Source of the DNA: Bacillota bacterium
GTDB lineage: Bacteria; Bacillota; UBA994; UBA5500
Assembly: GCA_050949085.1 (NCBI GenBank)
Contig: JBMNFB010000009.1
Span: forward strand, 245,095-309,094
Direction of reading: 5' to 3'
DNA length: 64,000 bases
The notes under the pieces were generated by a model, which saw only the letters and a program-made list of their open reading frames with translations, ran no database searches and had not been told where the DNA came from. The stretch's first letter is position 1; each line of letters begins with the position of its first letter. Below are positions 20,695 through 30,781 of the stretch, one piece after another. The translations under genes were made by a program, and so were the position numbers.

Positions 20695-21642
20695 CTACGA
20701 GCGCTTGCGGCGCCAGGCGCGGACCGCCTTCTCCACGATGTGGGCGGCGGTGAGGCCATATTTCTCCAGCAGCGCCGCGGGAGGCCCTGATTCACCGAAA
20801 GCATCATTCACACCCACCCGCTCCATTGGAACCGGGTAGTGTTCAGCCAGCACCTCAGCCACCGCACTGCCCAGGCCGCCTATGATCGAATGCTCCTCGG
20901 CGGTGACGGCGCACCCGGTGTGGCGAGCCGCCTCGACGATCGCTTTGACATCGATGGGCTTGATGGTGGAGACGTTGATCACCGCTGCGCTGATGTTCTG
21001 TTCCTGCAGCGTTTCCCTGGCCTCCAGCGCCTGCTGCACCATGATGCCGCAGGCAAAGATTGCCACATCATCCCCGTCAGCCATCAGCTCGGCTTGCCCC
21101 AGTCGGTACCGGTAGTCAGCCGGCCTTGGCAAAATGGGCACTGCACTGCGCCCCAGCCGCAGGTAGACTGGCCCGCCCCGCTCGGCGGCAGCGTGCACCA
21201 TCTGCGCCGCTTCCACACCGTCCGCCGGAACCAGCAGCGTCATCCCCGGCAACGACCGCATCAGGGCAATATCCTCCACCGACTGATGGGAGCCGCCATC
21301 CGGGCCGACAGTGACGCCGGCATGGGTAGCGGCGATGACCACGGGCAGCTGCGGATAGGCGATGCTGTTGCGGATCTGCTCAAACGCCCGGCCGGTGGCA
21401 AAGATGGCAAACGTGCTGGCGAAGGGAACGAGACCGGTGGTAGCAAGGCCCGCCGCCGTCCCCATCATGTCTGATTCAGCGATGCCCATGTTAAAAAAGC
21501 GGTCCGGGAATTGCTGAGCAAAGATTGACGTCTTGGTGCTTCCAGAGAGGTCAGCGTCCAGGACGACGATATCCGGCCGCGCTTCACCCAGACGCGCCAG
21601 TTCCCGGCCGTAGGCTTCGCGCGTAGCTATTGCTTGCGTCAT
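20695..21642 (-). CDS. Transketolase, C-terminal subunit
   Basis: ATREAYG, DADLSGST, MGIAE, GPDGGSHQ, EEHSIIGGLG. Confidence 0.95.
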   Translation of the reverse strand: MTQAIATREAYGRELARLGEARPDIVVLDADLSGSTKTSIFAQQFPDRFFNMGIAESDMMGTAAGLATTGLVPFASTFAIFATGRAFEQIRNSIAYPQLPVVIAATHAGVTVGPDGGSHQSVEDIALMRSLPGMTLLVPADGVEAAQMVHAAAERGGPVYLRLGRSAVPILPRPADYRYRLGQAELMADGDDVAIFACGIMVQQALEARETLQEQNISAAVINVSTIKPIDVKAIVEAARHTGCAVTAEEHSIIGGLGSAVAEVLAEHYPVPMERVGVNDAFGESGPPAALLEKYGLTAAHIVEKAVRAWRRKRS

Positions 21643-21643
21643 C

Positions 21644-22459
21644 TCAAACACCCGCCTTTCTCTCTAGCTCAGCCGCAACCTGTTCGCTGCTGGGTGCCTT
21701 GCCATGCCATTCAGCCTTATTCTCCATAAAGGCGAAACCCTTCCCCTTGATGGTCTGGGCCAGGATCAGCGTCGGCTGCCCCCGGCGCGCCTTGGCCTCC
21801 TCGAACGCCTCAGCCAGCGCCGCCAGATCATGGCCGTCCAGCTCGACCACATGCCAGCCGAAGGAACGCCACTTTTCGGCCAGGGGTTCCACGCCCATCA
21901 CCGACTGAACTGGCCCGTCGATCTGCAGTCGATTATGGTCGACGATGCCGATTACGTTGTCCAGCTGATAGTGAGCCGCAGTCATCGCTGCTTCCCAGAT
22001 CTGGCCTTCCTGCATCTCGCCATCACCCATGATCACAAAGACATGACTGTCGCTGCCCTGCAGACGCAACCCCAGGGCCATGCCATTAGCTGCCGACAGC
22101 CCCTGGCCCAGCGACCCGGTGGACATCTCCACACCGGGGAGCTTCTTCATATCCGGATGCCCCTGCAAGCGACTGCCCAGTTGCCGCAGGGTCGCCAACT
22201 CGTCCACTGGGAAATATCCCCTCATGGCCAGGGCGGCGTAGAGTGCCGGGGCAGCATGTCCCTTGCTGAGTACCAGACGATCCCTCTCCGGCCAATCAGG
22301 GTGTTCAGGATCAAGGCGCATCGTCCGGAAAAAGAGCACCGTCAGAATGTCCGCCACCGACAACGACCCGCCCGGATGCCCGGACCCGGCCCGCACAATC
22401 ATCTCCACGATCTGCTGCCGCATCTCGGCTGCCAACTCCACCAAATCCAATCCCTGCAT
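21644..22459 (-). CDS. Transketolase, N-terminal subunit
   Basis: GSGHPGGSLS, LSKGHAAP, STGSLGQG, GDGE ThDP motif. Confidence 0.95.
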   Translation of the reverse strand: MQGLDLVELAAEMRQQIVEMIVRAGSGHPGGSLSVADILTVLFFRTMRLDPEHPDWPERDRLVLSKGHAAPALYAALAMRGYFPVDELATLRQLGSRLQGHPDMKKLPGVEMSTGSLGQGLSAANGMALGLRLQGSDSHVFVIMGDGEMQEGQIWEAAMTAAHYQLDNVIGIVDHNRLQIDGPVQSVMGVEPLAEKWRSFGWHVVELDGHDLAALAEAFEEAKARRGQPTLILAQTIKGKGFAFMENKAEWHGKAPSSEQVAAELERKAGV

Positions 22460-22481
22460 CGCGACCACCACCTCTCTTGAG

Positions 22482-23222
22482 CTATCCACGTATCTCATTC
22501 CACCTCTGCCAGAGGACCGACCAGACAAACCGGGGTAAGGCCAGCATGCGCCCGATGCGCGACGGTTCCTTCAGCAGGCGAAAAAGCCACTCCAGCCCGG
22601 CCCGCTGCATCCAGAGCGGGGCACGCTCCGCTGTGCCGGCCAGGATGTCAAAACTGCCGCCAACACCGATGCCTACGGCTGCTCCCGTCTTACTGAGATT
22701 CTCATGCAGCCAGATGTCCTGTTTCGGCGCACCCATCGCCACCAGCAGAATATCAGGTTTGCTGGCTTTGATCTCTGCCAACAATGCTGAGGTCTCATCA
22801 GCAGAAAAATAGCCGTGATGCCAGCCAACGATCTGGATCAGGGGATAGAGCTGTCGCAACTGCTGCACCGCCGCTTCCACCACTTCTGGCTTGGCACCCA
22901 GCAGGTAGAAATTCCAGCCGATCTTGGCGCCATGCCCGGCCAGCGCATAGACGAGGTCGCAGCCGGCCACTCGTTCCGGTAAGGGCCGCCCTAGTATTCT
23001 CGAAGCCAGGACAACCCCCATCCCGTCAGCCGTCACCAGCCCCGCATCGTGTAGCACCAGATAGAGAGCCGGGTCTCGCTGCGCCATGTAGAGGATCTCA
23101 GCGTTGGCAGTGACGACCTGTGCGCTGCTCCCTTGCTCCACCATCGCGGCAATGCGCTGGACGGCCGACTCCATCGTCAGCACGTCCACAGCAGTTCCCA
23201 AAATCTTTACTCGTTCACTCAT
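22482..23222 (-). CDS. WecB/TagA/CpsF family glycosyltransferase
   Basis: TADGMG, ERVAGCDL, MGAPKQD, GVGGSFD, RAPLWMQRAGLEW. Confidence 0.94.
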   Translation of the reverse strand: MSERVKILGTAVDVLTMESAVQRIAAMVEQGSSAQVVTANAEILYMAQRDPALYLVLHDAGLVTADGMGVVLASRILGRPLPERVAGCDLVYALAGHGAKIGWNFYLLGAKPEVVEAAVQQLRQLYPLIQIVGWHHGYFSADETSALLAEIKASKPDILLVAMGAPKQDIWLHENLSKTGAAVGIGVGGSFDILAGTAERAPLWMQRAGLEWLFRLLKEPSRIGRMLALPRFVWSVLWQRWNEIRG

Positions 23223-24280
23223 CGTCCTACTCCTTTGGCCAGAGAACAAGCGATCTGCCCATTCCTTGCTGCCAGTCTCCGCTGTGCCTCCAGGGTCACC
23301 GCGATCTCCCGGCTGATCTGCTGCCGCTTAGCGTAGACCTCCTGCACCTGGGTCACTAGCTGGCTAGCCTGCAGATCGTCGGTTGAGCCGGCAATCGGTT
23401 GGGCAAATGATTCGAGGAAACCGGTAACTTTCGGGTCATAGCTGATGCCGACACAAGGGCGCAGACAGATGGCCGCCATAATCAGGGCATGCAGGCGCAT
23501 GGCGATGACCACCTCGGCTGCGGCCAGAGCGTTCAGCAGCTGGGTAAATGTCTGCGGTTGCTCCAGGCAGCTCGCCCCGGCTCCCACCTGCTGGGCCAAA
23601 CGCTGCGCCAGACTCAGGTCGTGAGAGTAGTGCAGCGGAATGAACTGCAGCTGGAAGCCTGACTGCACCAGCTGCCGCCCTGCCGCAATAATCTCTGCCT
23701 GATAATCATGTCCGCTTTTCCAGTTTCGTATCGCCAGGGCGATCCGCTGCGGCTCCGGGGCAACCGTGCTGCCTGGCAGGAGCAGCACCGGGTCCGCCGT
23801 CAGTTCGACCTGCGGCTGCGTCACGCCCCAATCCTGCAACACCTGCAGCGAATACTGATCGCGTACCGTGATGCACTCCGTCCGGTTGAGGACGGAGCGC
23901 GCCAGAACCTGATTCAGCGGCCGCCGCACCGGACCCATGCTGTTGGCGAAGATCATGGTGGGGCAGCGCTGGAGTTGAGCCAGCCTGATCAGGCTCAGAT
24001 AGTAGAGCAGCGAGCGGCTGCTGGTCACATCCTGCAGCAGCCCACCGCCGCCGCTGATGAACAGATCGGCCCGGCGCATGCAGGCGGCAATGCGCAGCAG
24101 GTCGGTTCGCCTGACCGCCTCGACACTGTGCTCGCGCGCTGTCAGCTCTGGACGCGCTGAGAGCACCGTTAGCTGCGCCTCGGGATCGCATTCCCGCAGA
24201 TTCCGGACGATAGCGCGCAGAATGGCTTCATCGCCCGCGTTGCCAAAGCCATAGTAGCCAGATATCAGATAGCGGCTCAT
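23219..24280 (-). CDS. csaB: Polysaccharide pyruvyl transferase CsaB
   Basis: ISGYYGFGNAGDEA, SGGGGLLQDVTS, MRLHALI, ISYDPKV. Confidence 0.93.
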   Translation of the reverse strand: MSRYLISGYYGFGNAGDEAILRAIVRNLRECDPEAQLTVLSARPELTAREHSVEAVRRTDLLRIAACMRRADLFISGGGGLLQDVTSSRSLLYYLSLIRLAQLQRCPTMIFANSMGPVRRPLNQVLARSVLNRTECITVRDQYSLQVLQDWGVTQPQVELTADPVLLLPGSTVAPEPQRIALAIRNWKSGHDYQAEIIAAGRQLVQSGFQLQFIPLHYSHDLSLAQRLAQQVGAGASCLEQPQTFTQLLNALAAAEVVIAMRLHALIMAAICLRPCVGISYDPKVTGFLESFAQPIAGSTDDLQASQLVTQVQEVYAKRQQISREIAVTLEAQRRLAARNGQIACSLAKGVGR

Positions 24281-25818
24281 CGCTGACTCACCCACTTTAC
24301 GATCGGGCGGAGGAGCAGGATGCCCAATAGCCCCGCAATCAGTCCCAGCGACAGGCTCAAACCAGAGCGAACCAGGCTGACGACAACGGGGTGATGAATA
24401 TGTTCAAATGTGTTGACCAACGACAGCTCAGCGATGAAGCCGTAGAGAATAGCCAGCCCCCCTAGTATTCGCCAGTTATTGCGCCAGAGATAAAAGCCGC
24501 AAAGCAGAGCTGGGAAAAGCAGCACCTCTTTGGTACGCGGCCTGACCCAGAACAAGGCCTCCAGAGTATCGCGGAAGGAGGATTCTACCGGACTGACCTG
24601 AACGCCTGGGGCACGTCCCGAGCCCAGTAACAGAACATAGACAGCCGCGAACAGAATCAACAGTCCACCAACGATCAGCCAGTGCTCCCTGGCATTCGTC
24701 GTCCAGATCCGCCCGTCCCGTTGCCGAAAATGCCAGGACCAGGCCAGGAGCACCAACACTAACGCCAGAGCCATGGGCAGCAGGTAGCTGGCCTTGACGC
24801 CTAAAAACTGGGCAATCTTCAGCTGAAAGACAGTCTGCCCTAAGACGGCCTGAAGCATCAGCCCGCCAGCTAGAGCGAATCCCGTCATTCCCAGCCAGTC
24901 AAGCAGGACAGGCCAAAGGCCTGGTTCGCGCCGTTGCCGCCGACTCCACCACCAGACAAATCCGCTGGAGGGATAAAGGAGCGCTGCGCCAAAGGACACC
25001 AGCTGGCGGCTGAGCTGTTCATCGACCAGGCTGCTGAGAAGCACGGCTGCTAATAGTGCCAGTAGCGGCAGCCAGCAGAACAACCGACTAAGCCTATCGA
25101 AAAGCCAACTGAGGGTCAGCCCGGAAACCGCCCCCAGAGATAATGCTACCAGGAAGTAAACCGGTGTTGTCGAGATTTCTGGCCGCGGGCTGATGCCTGG
25201 AGCCACTATCTGCCCTGCCTCCTCAAGGGCCTGGCGGACCGAGGTGAGGTGGGCCAACCGCTCGTCACCTGCCGCATCAGCGAAAAGGCGAACAACCAGA
25301 AGATCAGCCTGACGCTCGCGCACTGCAGTCTTGTACTTGCGCAGCGCATAGTCAGCCGGTTGATCAAAGACGCGAATCACCCGGTTTCGCACCAGATCCT
25401 GATAGTCAGCAAAGCTGCGGGGAGGGATCAGCTCAATCAGGCCGAAAGCTGCCTCCTCCAGCCAGGCGGCGTCCTCCACCGCCTCGCCAGCAAACTCGTT
25501 ATCAGCAAACATGACCAAGTCTGGCTGGATGCCCGCCGTCGACCAGGCTATCCAGTTGTGGGCACTCAGGACCGGCACCGCCTGCAGCGGCGGCGTTACC
25601 CAGGCCAGATCTTCCGGCTGATGCACCAGTACGTAGTACACCCCCGACTCGGCCAGTTGGGCCAGAGCGGATCTGTCCCGCAGCTCGGTCAGATCGACGG
25701 CTAGCGCAACCGAGCGCGCCAGCGGTTCGGTGGTCGCTTTCGCCAGCAGTTGCCAGCCGGCACCCAGTAAACCCAGGATGACCAGGGAAATCAGCAGTAT
25801 TCGGTAGCGGCGTTCCAT
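24277..25818 (-). CDS. DUF5693-like membrane protein
   Basis: QFLGVK, VRPRTKE, NTFEHIHHP motifs; directly upstream of csaB. Confidence 0.75.
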   Translation of the reverse strand: MERRYRILLISLVILGLLGAGWQLLAKATTEPLARSVALAVDLTELRDRSALAQLAESGVYYVLVHQPEDLAWVTPPLQAVPVLSAHNWIAWSTAGIQPDLVMFADNEFAGEAVEDAAWLEEAAFGLIELIPPRSFADYQDLVRNRVIRVFDQPADYALRKYKTAVRERQADLLVVRLFADAAGDERLAHLTSVRQALEEAGQIVAPGISPRPEISTTPVYFLVALSLGAVSGLTLSWLFDRLSRLFCWLPLLALLAAVLLSSLVDEQLSRQLVSFGAALLYPSSGFVWWWSRRQRREPGLWPVLLDWLGMTGFALAGGLMLQAVLGQTVFQLKIAQFLGVKASYLLPMALALVLVLLAWSWHFRQRDGRIWTTNAREHWLIVGGLLILFAAVYVLLLGSGRAPGVQVSPVESSFRDTLEALFWVRPRTKEVLLFPALLCGFYLWRNNWRILGGLAILYGFIAELSLVNTFEHIHHPVVVSLVRSGLSLSLGLIAGLLGILLLRPIVKWVSQR

Positions 25819-25822
25819 CGGC

Positions 25823-26929
25823 TCACCTCCCGCCTGCCAGAACCTCTCGATAGACAGCATCGGTCTGTCGGCACATCTGTTCCAGGGTAAATCGCTCCAG
25901 GACTCTGGCCCGGCCTTGTCGGCCAGCCGCCTCCGCCTGCGCCGGCTGGCGCAGGTAGAAGGCGATCGCCTTCGCCAGCTCCTGCGGCGCAGCCGGGGTC
26001 ACCAGCTTTCCGTCCTGTCCATCGCGGATCAGCTCGGGGATGCCGCCTACGCGGCTGGCCACCACCGGCAGGCCGCTGGCCATAGCCTCCAGAACGCTCA
26101 ACCCCAATGCCTCCATGATGGATGGGAGTACGAAGATATCGGCTGCCGCCAGGATGGTGGGGATGTCCTCCCGATACCCCAGGAATCGTACAGCATCCGC
26201 CAGGCCAAGTTGCACCGCTTGCTGTCGCAGTTCATTCTCCAGCGGCCCCTGCCCAGCGAACAGCCAGGTAAACTCATAGCCCCGGCGCCGTAGCTCTGCC
26301 GCTGCCTGCAATGCATAGGGCAGCCCCTTTACTTCGGTTAAGCGAGCCACGGTGGCGATGACCGGCCGCGCAGCGAGCACATCAAGCTGATGGCGCGCTT
26401 CCTGCCTGTCAGCAACCAGGAAAGGGCGCGGATCGATACCGTTATACACCAGACGAATCATATTTTCAGGCACGCCCTCAGCCTGAAGGCGCCCCACACA
26501 GGCCGCAGAAACGGCGATGATTGCGTTGGTCAGCTGCCTGGCCACCAGGCTATATGCCACCCGCTTCCAGCCAGGCAACCCGTTCGCCGGAAGCGGCGGG
26601 CCGAGGGTGTGTCTGGTTAACACCGTCTTATAGCCCCTCTGCCTGGCGATGAGGCGTCCCGCCAGGCTGGCATGGGTATGAACGATATCCACAGAAACGA
26701 GAGTGCGTTGCAGCGAGCGTAGCAGCGCCCTGCTCAGCGATCTCTCACCTTCCGGCAGGATGATCACCTCGGCGCTGCTACTCTGCCGGATAGCATCAGC
26801 CAGCGGACCCTCCGGCAGACAAACAAAAGGTTTCCAGCCATACGTCTCCGCCCCGCCCAGCAGGCCCAGCAGGTAACGACCGGCCCCACCGATATTGGTG
26901 TCGCTGATGACATGCGCTACTCTCAGCAT
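25823..26929 (-). CDS. GT4 glycosyltransferase
   Basis: SDTNIGGAG, KG, EALGLSVLEAM (EX7E). Confidence 0.92.
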   Translation of the reverse strand: MLRVAHVISDTNIGGAGRYLLGLLGGAETYGWKPFVCLPEGPLADAIRQSSSAEVIILPEGERSLSRALLRSLQRTLVSVDIVHTHASLAGRLIARQRGYKTVLTRHTLGPPLPANGLPGWKRVAYSLVARQLTNAIIAVSAACVGRLQAEGVPENMIRLVYNGIDPRPFLVADRQEARHQLDVLAARPVIATVARLTEVKGLPYALQAAAELRRRGYEFTWLFAGQGPLENELRQQAVQLGLADAVRFLGYREDIPTILAAADIFVLPSIMEALGLSVLEAMASGLPVVASRVGGIPELIRDGQDGKLVTPAAPQELAKAIAFYLRQPAQAEAAGRQGRARVLERFTLEQMCRQTDAVYREVLAGGR

Positions 26930-28611
26930 GGCTTTTCCTCACTCGGCAGGGGGCGCGGTCGGCGGCGCCAGGTGATCAGCGCCAAGGCTGCCAGGAGCCA
27001 GAACAACAGCAGAAGTCGATTCCCATACCACGCATAGTCAAACAGCCCATAGACCAGATGCCCGATCAGAGCGGCAAGAACACCGGCCGATAGCGCATCC
27101 ATCCCCTGGCGCCGGCTAAGGCAGGCCCGCACCAGACCGATGGCGAGCAAGGCGAAGGCACCCAGTCCCGGGACACCGCCCTCAACAGCCTGCTGCAGAG
27201 GCAGGTTATGCGCATGTATCGCATGGACGGCTTCAAATCGATAGGGTGGATAATGAAGCGCGAACGGCTCATACCCGGGGCCGATGCCGGTCAGCCAATT
27301 ATCCCGAAACATTCGCAGCGAACTGCCCCAGATATAGAAGCGCAGCTTGATGGACGAGTCGTTCAGGTTTCCCGCGCTGAGCAGACGGTTCCAGATGGCC
27401 TCGGGGACAATCAGGGGCAGCACGAGCAGAGCCGGCGGCAGCAGCCAGAAAAGCTTCGGCTGCAGGCTGGCCACCAGCACAATGGCGATGGCGATGGCAC
27501 CCAACCAGGCACCCCGCGAAAACGTCATGATCAGCGCCAGACCCAGCACGCTGCTGACCAGGGCTGCCAGCAGGCGCGATAGCCACTTGCCCTCCCTGGC
27601 AAGAAACTGGCTCACGGCGAAGGCCAACAGCGCGATCAAATAGACTCCGAAGACATTGGGGTTATCGAAACTCCCCACCACCCGCACCGCAGTGCTCGAG
27701 TAGCGCAGGTCAACCCAGGCCACCTTGGCCGGCATCCCGCCAAAATATTGCCAGATCCCAAGGCCTGACACGAGAATGCCGATGGTCAGAGCCAGCGCCA
27801 GCAGCCGATTTAGGGCGGTCCGGTCTCTTACTACTGCTGGCAGCTGCAAGAACAGCAACAACCCGGCCAGCTGATAGCTCCAGGAATGAAGCGCAGCCAG
27901 AACCAAACGGCTGTTCAGCGCCGACAGCAACAGGGTCAGGCAGAATAGTCCACCCCAGAAGGCCAGCAATGAACGCTGCGGGAGACGCAGCTTCCCCTGT
28001 AGCAGCCTGGCCAACAGCGAAAACAGAATCAGGGCCACGTTAATCAACGCCGGCACCAGCGGGATGAGGGCGACCACCAGGTAGAGCCCCCAGTCAGGTC
28101 GGCCCCAGATCAGGAGCAGCGTCACTGCTGCGCCAGCCAGAAGCAGCAGCGATCTCCCCCATTCAAAACTCAGAAAAACCCATACCAGCAGTCCGCCCGC
28201 CAGGAGATAGCTGCTCAGGCGCCAGATCGGGGGTGCTGGCGCATCCGATGTATCCTCCAGGGACTTATCGATATAGAACACCGCCCAGAACTTGCGCCAG
28301 AGGCGCCCCAGGAGACTGGTCTCCCAGACCCAGGTCAGATCGCTAACCAGCCAGTGGGGCAACACCGCCAGGAACCAGCTGGTCACCAGCCAGTCCGCCG
28401 GCAGGCGCAGCCGCGTCAGCCACTGGCCGAGTGACCGCCCAATCTGAGCCAGCCGACTGGTGGCCAGGTGCGGCGGCTGGTCATCCCACTCCCTATCCAG
28501 CCAGCGGGCCGGCCACCAGCCTCTGAAAACCGCCACCAGCCAGTGGGCGAAGGACTCGATCTGGCGTACCAGCCAGGATGATTCCCAGCAAGCATAGAGA
28601 ACAGCCAGCAT
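26923..28611 (-). CDS. O-antigen ligase (Wzy_C) family membrane protein
   Basis: RVVGSFDNPN, TFSRGAW, GIGPG, HAHN. Confidence 0.88.
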   Translation of the reverse strand: MLAVLYACWESSWLVRQIESFAHWLVAVFRGWWPARWLDREWDDQPPHLATSRLAQIGRSLGQWLTRLRLPADWLVTSWFLAVLPHWLVSDLTWVWETSLLGRLWRKFWAVFYIDKSLEDTSDAPAPPIWRLSSYLLAGGLLVWVFLSFEWGRSLLLLAGAAVTLLLIWGRPDWGLYLVVALIPLVPALINVALILFSLLARLLQGKLRLPQRSLLAFWGGLFCLTLLLSALNSRLVLAALHSWSYQLAGLLLFLQLPAVVRDRTALNRLLALALTIGILVSGLGIWQYFGGMPAKVAWVDLRYSSTAVRVVGSFDNPNVFGVYLIALLAFAVSQFLAREGKWLSRLLAALVSSVLGLALIMTFSRGAWLGAIAIAIVLVASLQPKLFWLLPPALLVLPLIVPEAIWNRLLSAGNLNDSSIKLRFYIWGSSLRMFRDNWLTGIGPGYEPFALHYPPYRFEAVHAIHAHNLPLQQAVEGGVPGLGAFALLAIGLVRACLSRRQGMDALSAGVLAALIGHLVYGLFDYAWYGNRLLLLFWLLAALALITWRRRPRPLPSEEKPC

Positions 28612-28613
28612 GG

Positions 28614-29096
28614 CTATCGCCCCTGGCTCAGGCTAGTGGTATTAGCATAAATGGCATATAGCGGGCCGTAGAGGGTGCGGCTCTCCCCAACCCTGATGCT
28701 GACAGCACCGATGCGATAGTCGGTCGGCGTCACCGTACCGTCGGCGGCAATGGTGAGGCGCACCTGTGAGCTGCGGGGTGAGTCGGCCCAGACGATGTTG
28801 CCTCTGCCGTCAGCCACGGCCACCGGCACCGGGCTAACATCCAGCTCCACAACCTCCCCCAGGTAGACCCCGGTGAGCTTATCGTAGATCTTATCGCCTA
28901 CCTGCATCACTTCGGCAACCTGATTGAGGACGTCTCCCTGGAACTGGATCAGCAGCCGCTCTCCCTGAGGGTTGACGATCTGACCCGCATTGAACCGGTC
29001 ATAAGCCAGCTTCCCCGCCCCCAACAGGACCACGAGAATGACCAGAAGGTCAAGAATGTTGATCCGGCCAAACAATCGTCCCTTTTTGTCAATCAT
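28614..29096 (-). CDS. DUF4330 family protein
   Basis: MIDKKGRLFGRINILDLL N-terminal signature and a single TM. Confidence 0.85.
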   Translation of the reverse strand: MIDKKGRLFGRINILDLLVILVVLLGAGKLAYDRFNAGQIVNPQGERLLIQFQGDVLNQVAEVMQVGDKIYDKLTGVYLGEVVELDVSPVPVAVADGRGNIVWADSPRSSQVRLTIAADGTVTPTDYRIGAVSIRVGESRTLYGPLYAIYANTTSLSQGR

Positions 29097-30205
29097 CGGT
29101 CTAACCCCTTTTCTTCCCTACAGCTGTCATAGACCTGCAAAATCTGTCTCGCCTTCTCTTCCATGGAGAATTGCTCCACCACCAGGCGGTAAGCAGCCTG
29201 CGCAGCTGCCTGACCCAGCGCCGGCGCATCCAGCACCCGGCTGATTTCCTCGGCCAGCGTTTCGCCGGTGGTGGGAATGCTGGATCCCCGCCCGCTGAAA
29301 TTGTGGCGCGTAACCTCGGGCAGGACCGACTCTTCCAGCAGGCCGGCCATGCCGTACTCAGCAGCGATGATCACCGGGCGGCAGCTGGCCATGGCTTCCA
29401 TCGCCACCCTGCCCACGCCGATCACCAATCCAGCCTCGGCCAGGAGCTCTGGCACATCGTTGCGGCCTCCCAGCACTCGACACAACTCCCGGCCCCTGGC
29501 CTCATTTATCGCAGCAGCCTGCCGGCGGACTTCTGTCAGGCGGTCGCCGTCGCCGACGATGGTCACCGTCAGCTGGGGATAGCGCTCCGCCAGACGGTCA
29601 GCTGCTTCCAGCACCGCCAGGGCCACGCCGCCGCGTTCTCCAGAGAGGCGGCTGATATACGTCACGTTCAGCGGGTTGCGAGGCGAACGGCCGGGAGTAA
29701 ACTGCTCCAGATCGATGCCGTTGTGCACGATGCTGATCTGCTCGGCGGGCACGCCCAGCTTGTTGATCAGATGCTCCTTGACGTCGTCACTGACGGCGAT
29801 GGTCTGCTGTCCCGGGGTAGTCACAAGGCGAAACAGCCAGTGGGCATTATATAAGCCGTGATAGGTGGTCACCAACGGAATTCCGGTCTGCCGCGACACC
29901 CAGCTGCCGATCCAGGCCGGAATCCGCGCATGGGCGTGCATCAGGCCCACATTCTCGCTGGCAACAATCCGGCGTATGGCCAGAAGGCTGCGAAGCATGT
30001 CACGCAGACTGCGGCTATGCATCGGCACCAGAAAATGAGGGATACCTGCTCCCTCCAACTGAGCGACTAGCCGGCCGCCATGTGAAGCGACGATGACCGG
30101 CTGACCCAATTTCTTCAGCGCCCTGGCCAGGGAGACGACATGTGTCTCCGCCCCGCCCAGATCCAGCGCCATGCTCATCAACAATACGCTCTTCGGATTT
30201 GCCAT
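29093..30205 (-). CDS. GT4 glycosyltransferase
   Basis: LGGAETHV, HAHARIPA, GVGRVAMEAM. Confidence 0.9.
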   Translation of the reverse strand: MANPKSVLLMSMALDLGGAETHVVSLARALKKLGQPVIVASHGGRLVAQLEGAGIPHFLVPMHSRSLRDMLRSLLAIRRIVASENVGLMHAHARIPAWIGSWVSRQTGIPLVTTYHGLYNAHWLFRLVTTPGQQTIAVSDDVKEHLINKLGVPAEQISIVHNGIDLEQFTPGRSPRNPLNVTYISRLSGERGGVALAVLEAADRLAERYPQLTVTIVGDGDRLTEVRRQAAAINEARGRELCRVLGGRNDVPELLAEAGLVIGVGRVAMEAMASCRPVIIAAEYGMAGLLEESVLPEVTRHNFSGRGSSIPTTGETLAEEISRVLDAPALGQAAAQAAYRLVVEQFSMEEKARQILQVYDSCREEKGLDR

Positions 30206-30236
30206 TAGATCCGCTCCTTCGAGCCAAGAGACTGGT

Positions 30237-30707
30237 TTACGGTTCGATGGTCCAGCGCCCTCGCACCATCACGATCAGGTCGGTGATCGCCTGCAGGCCA
30301 CGCCCATCATCGCGCGGCAACAACAAGAGGTGGTTGGCGGGTATCGTGGCATCAGGTGGCAGATTCGTGCCTGCCGTCAGGTCAGGCAAGCCATTATCCA
30401 CACTGGGAGCCACGGCCCTTGCCTGGCCAGCGCGCAAAATCAGCTCAGTTCCGGCATAGCCGATCAACCGCTGCCCGGCAGGCACGGTGACGACCTCCAG
30501 GGCGATGGCCCCCGGGCCCTCGCCAGACAGACTGTCCTTCAACTCAGCCAGAGCCTGATCTACATAACTCTTGGTGATCAATGGGTCGGCCTCGCTGCCC
30601 GGTGCCGGAGAATTGCTGTCAGCATAGCTATGCCCCATCCAGATCCCCGCCGCCAGCGCTGCGATGGCAATAAGGGCAGTAAGCCCCCACATTTTCGATC
30701 TTCTCAT
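30237..30707 (-). CDS. Conserved exported hypothetical protein
   Basis: Signal/TM, PGSEADPLITKSYVD, GTELILRAG, NHLLLLPRDDGRG. Confidence 0.78.
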   Translation of the reverse strand: MRRSKMWGLTALIAIAALAAGIWMGHSYADSNSPAPGSEADPLITKSYVDQALAELKDSLSGEGPGAIALEVVTVPAGQRLIGYAGTELILRAGQARAVAPSVDNGLPDLTAGTNLPPDATIPANHLLLLPRDDGRGLQAITDLIVMVRGRWTIEP

Positions 30708-30781
30708 TTCTCTCCCCTCCAGCGAATCCGGCCGGCTCGGTTCCCACCGAGCTGCTCGACGGTTTGGCAACTGATTGATTC

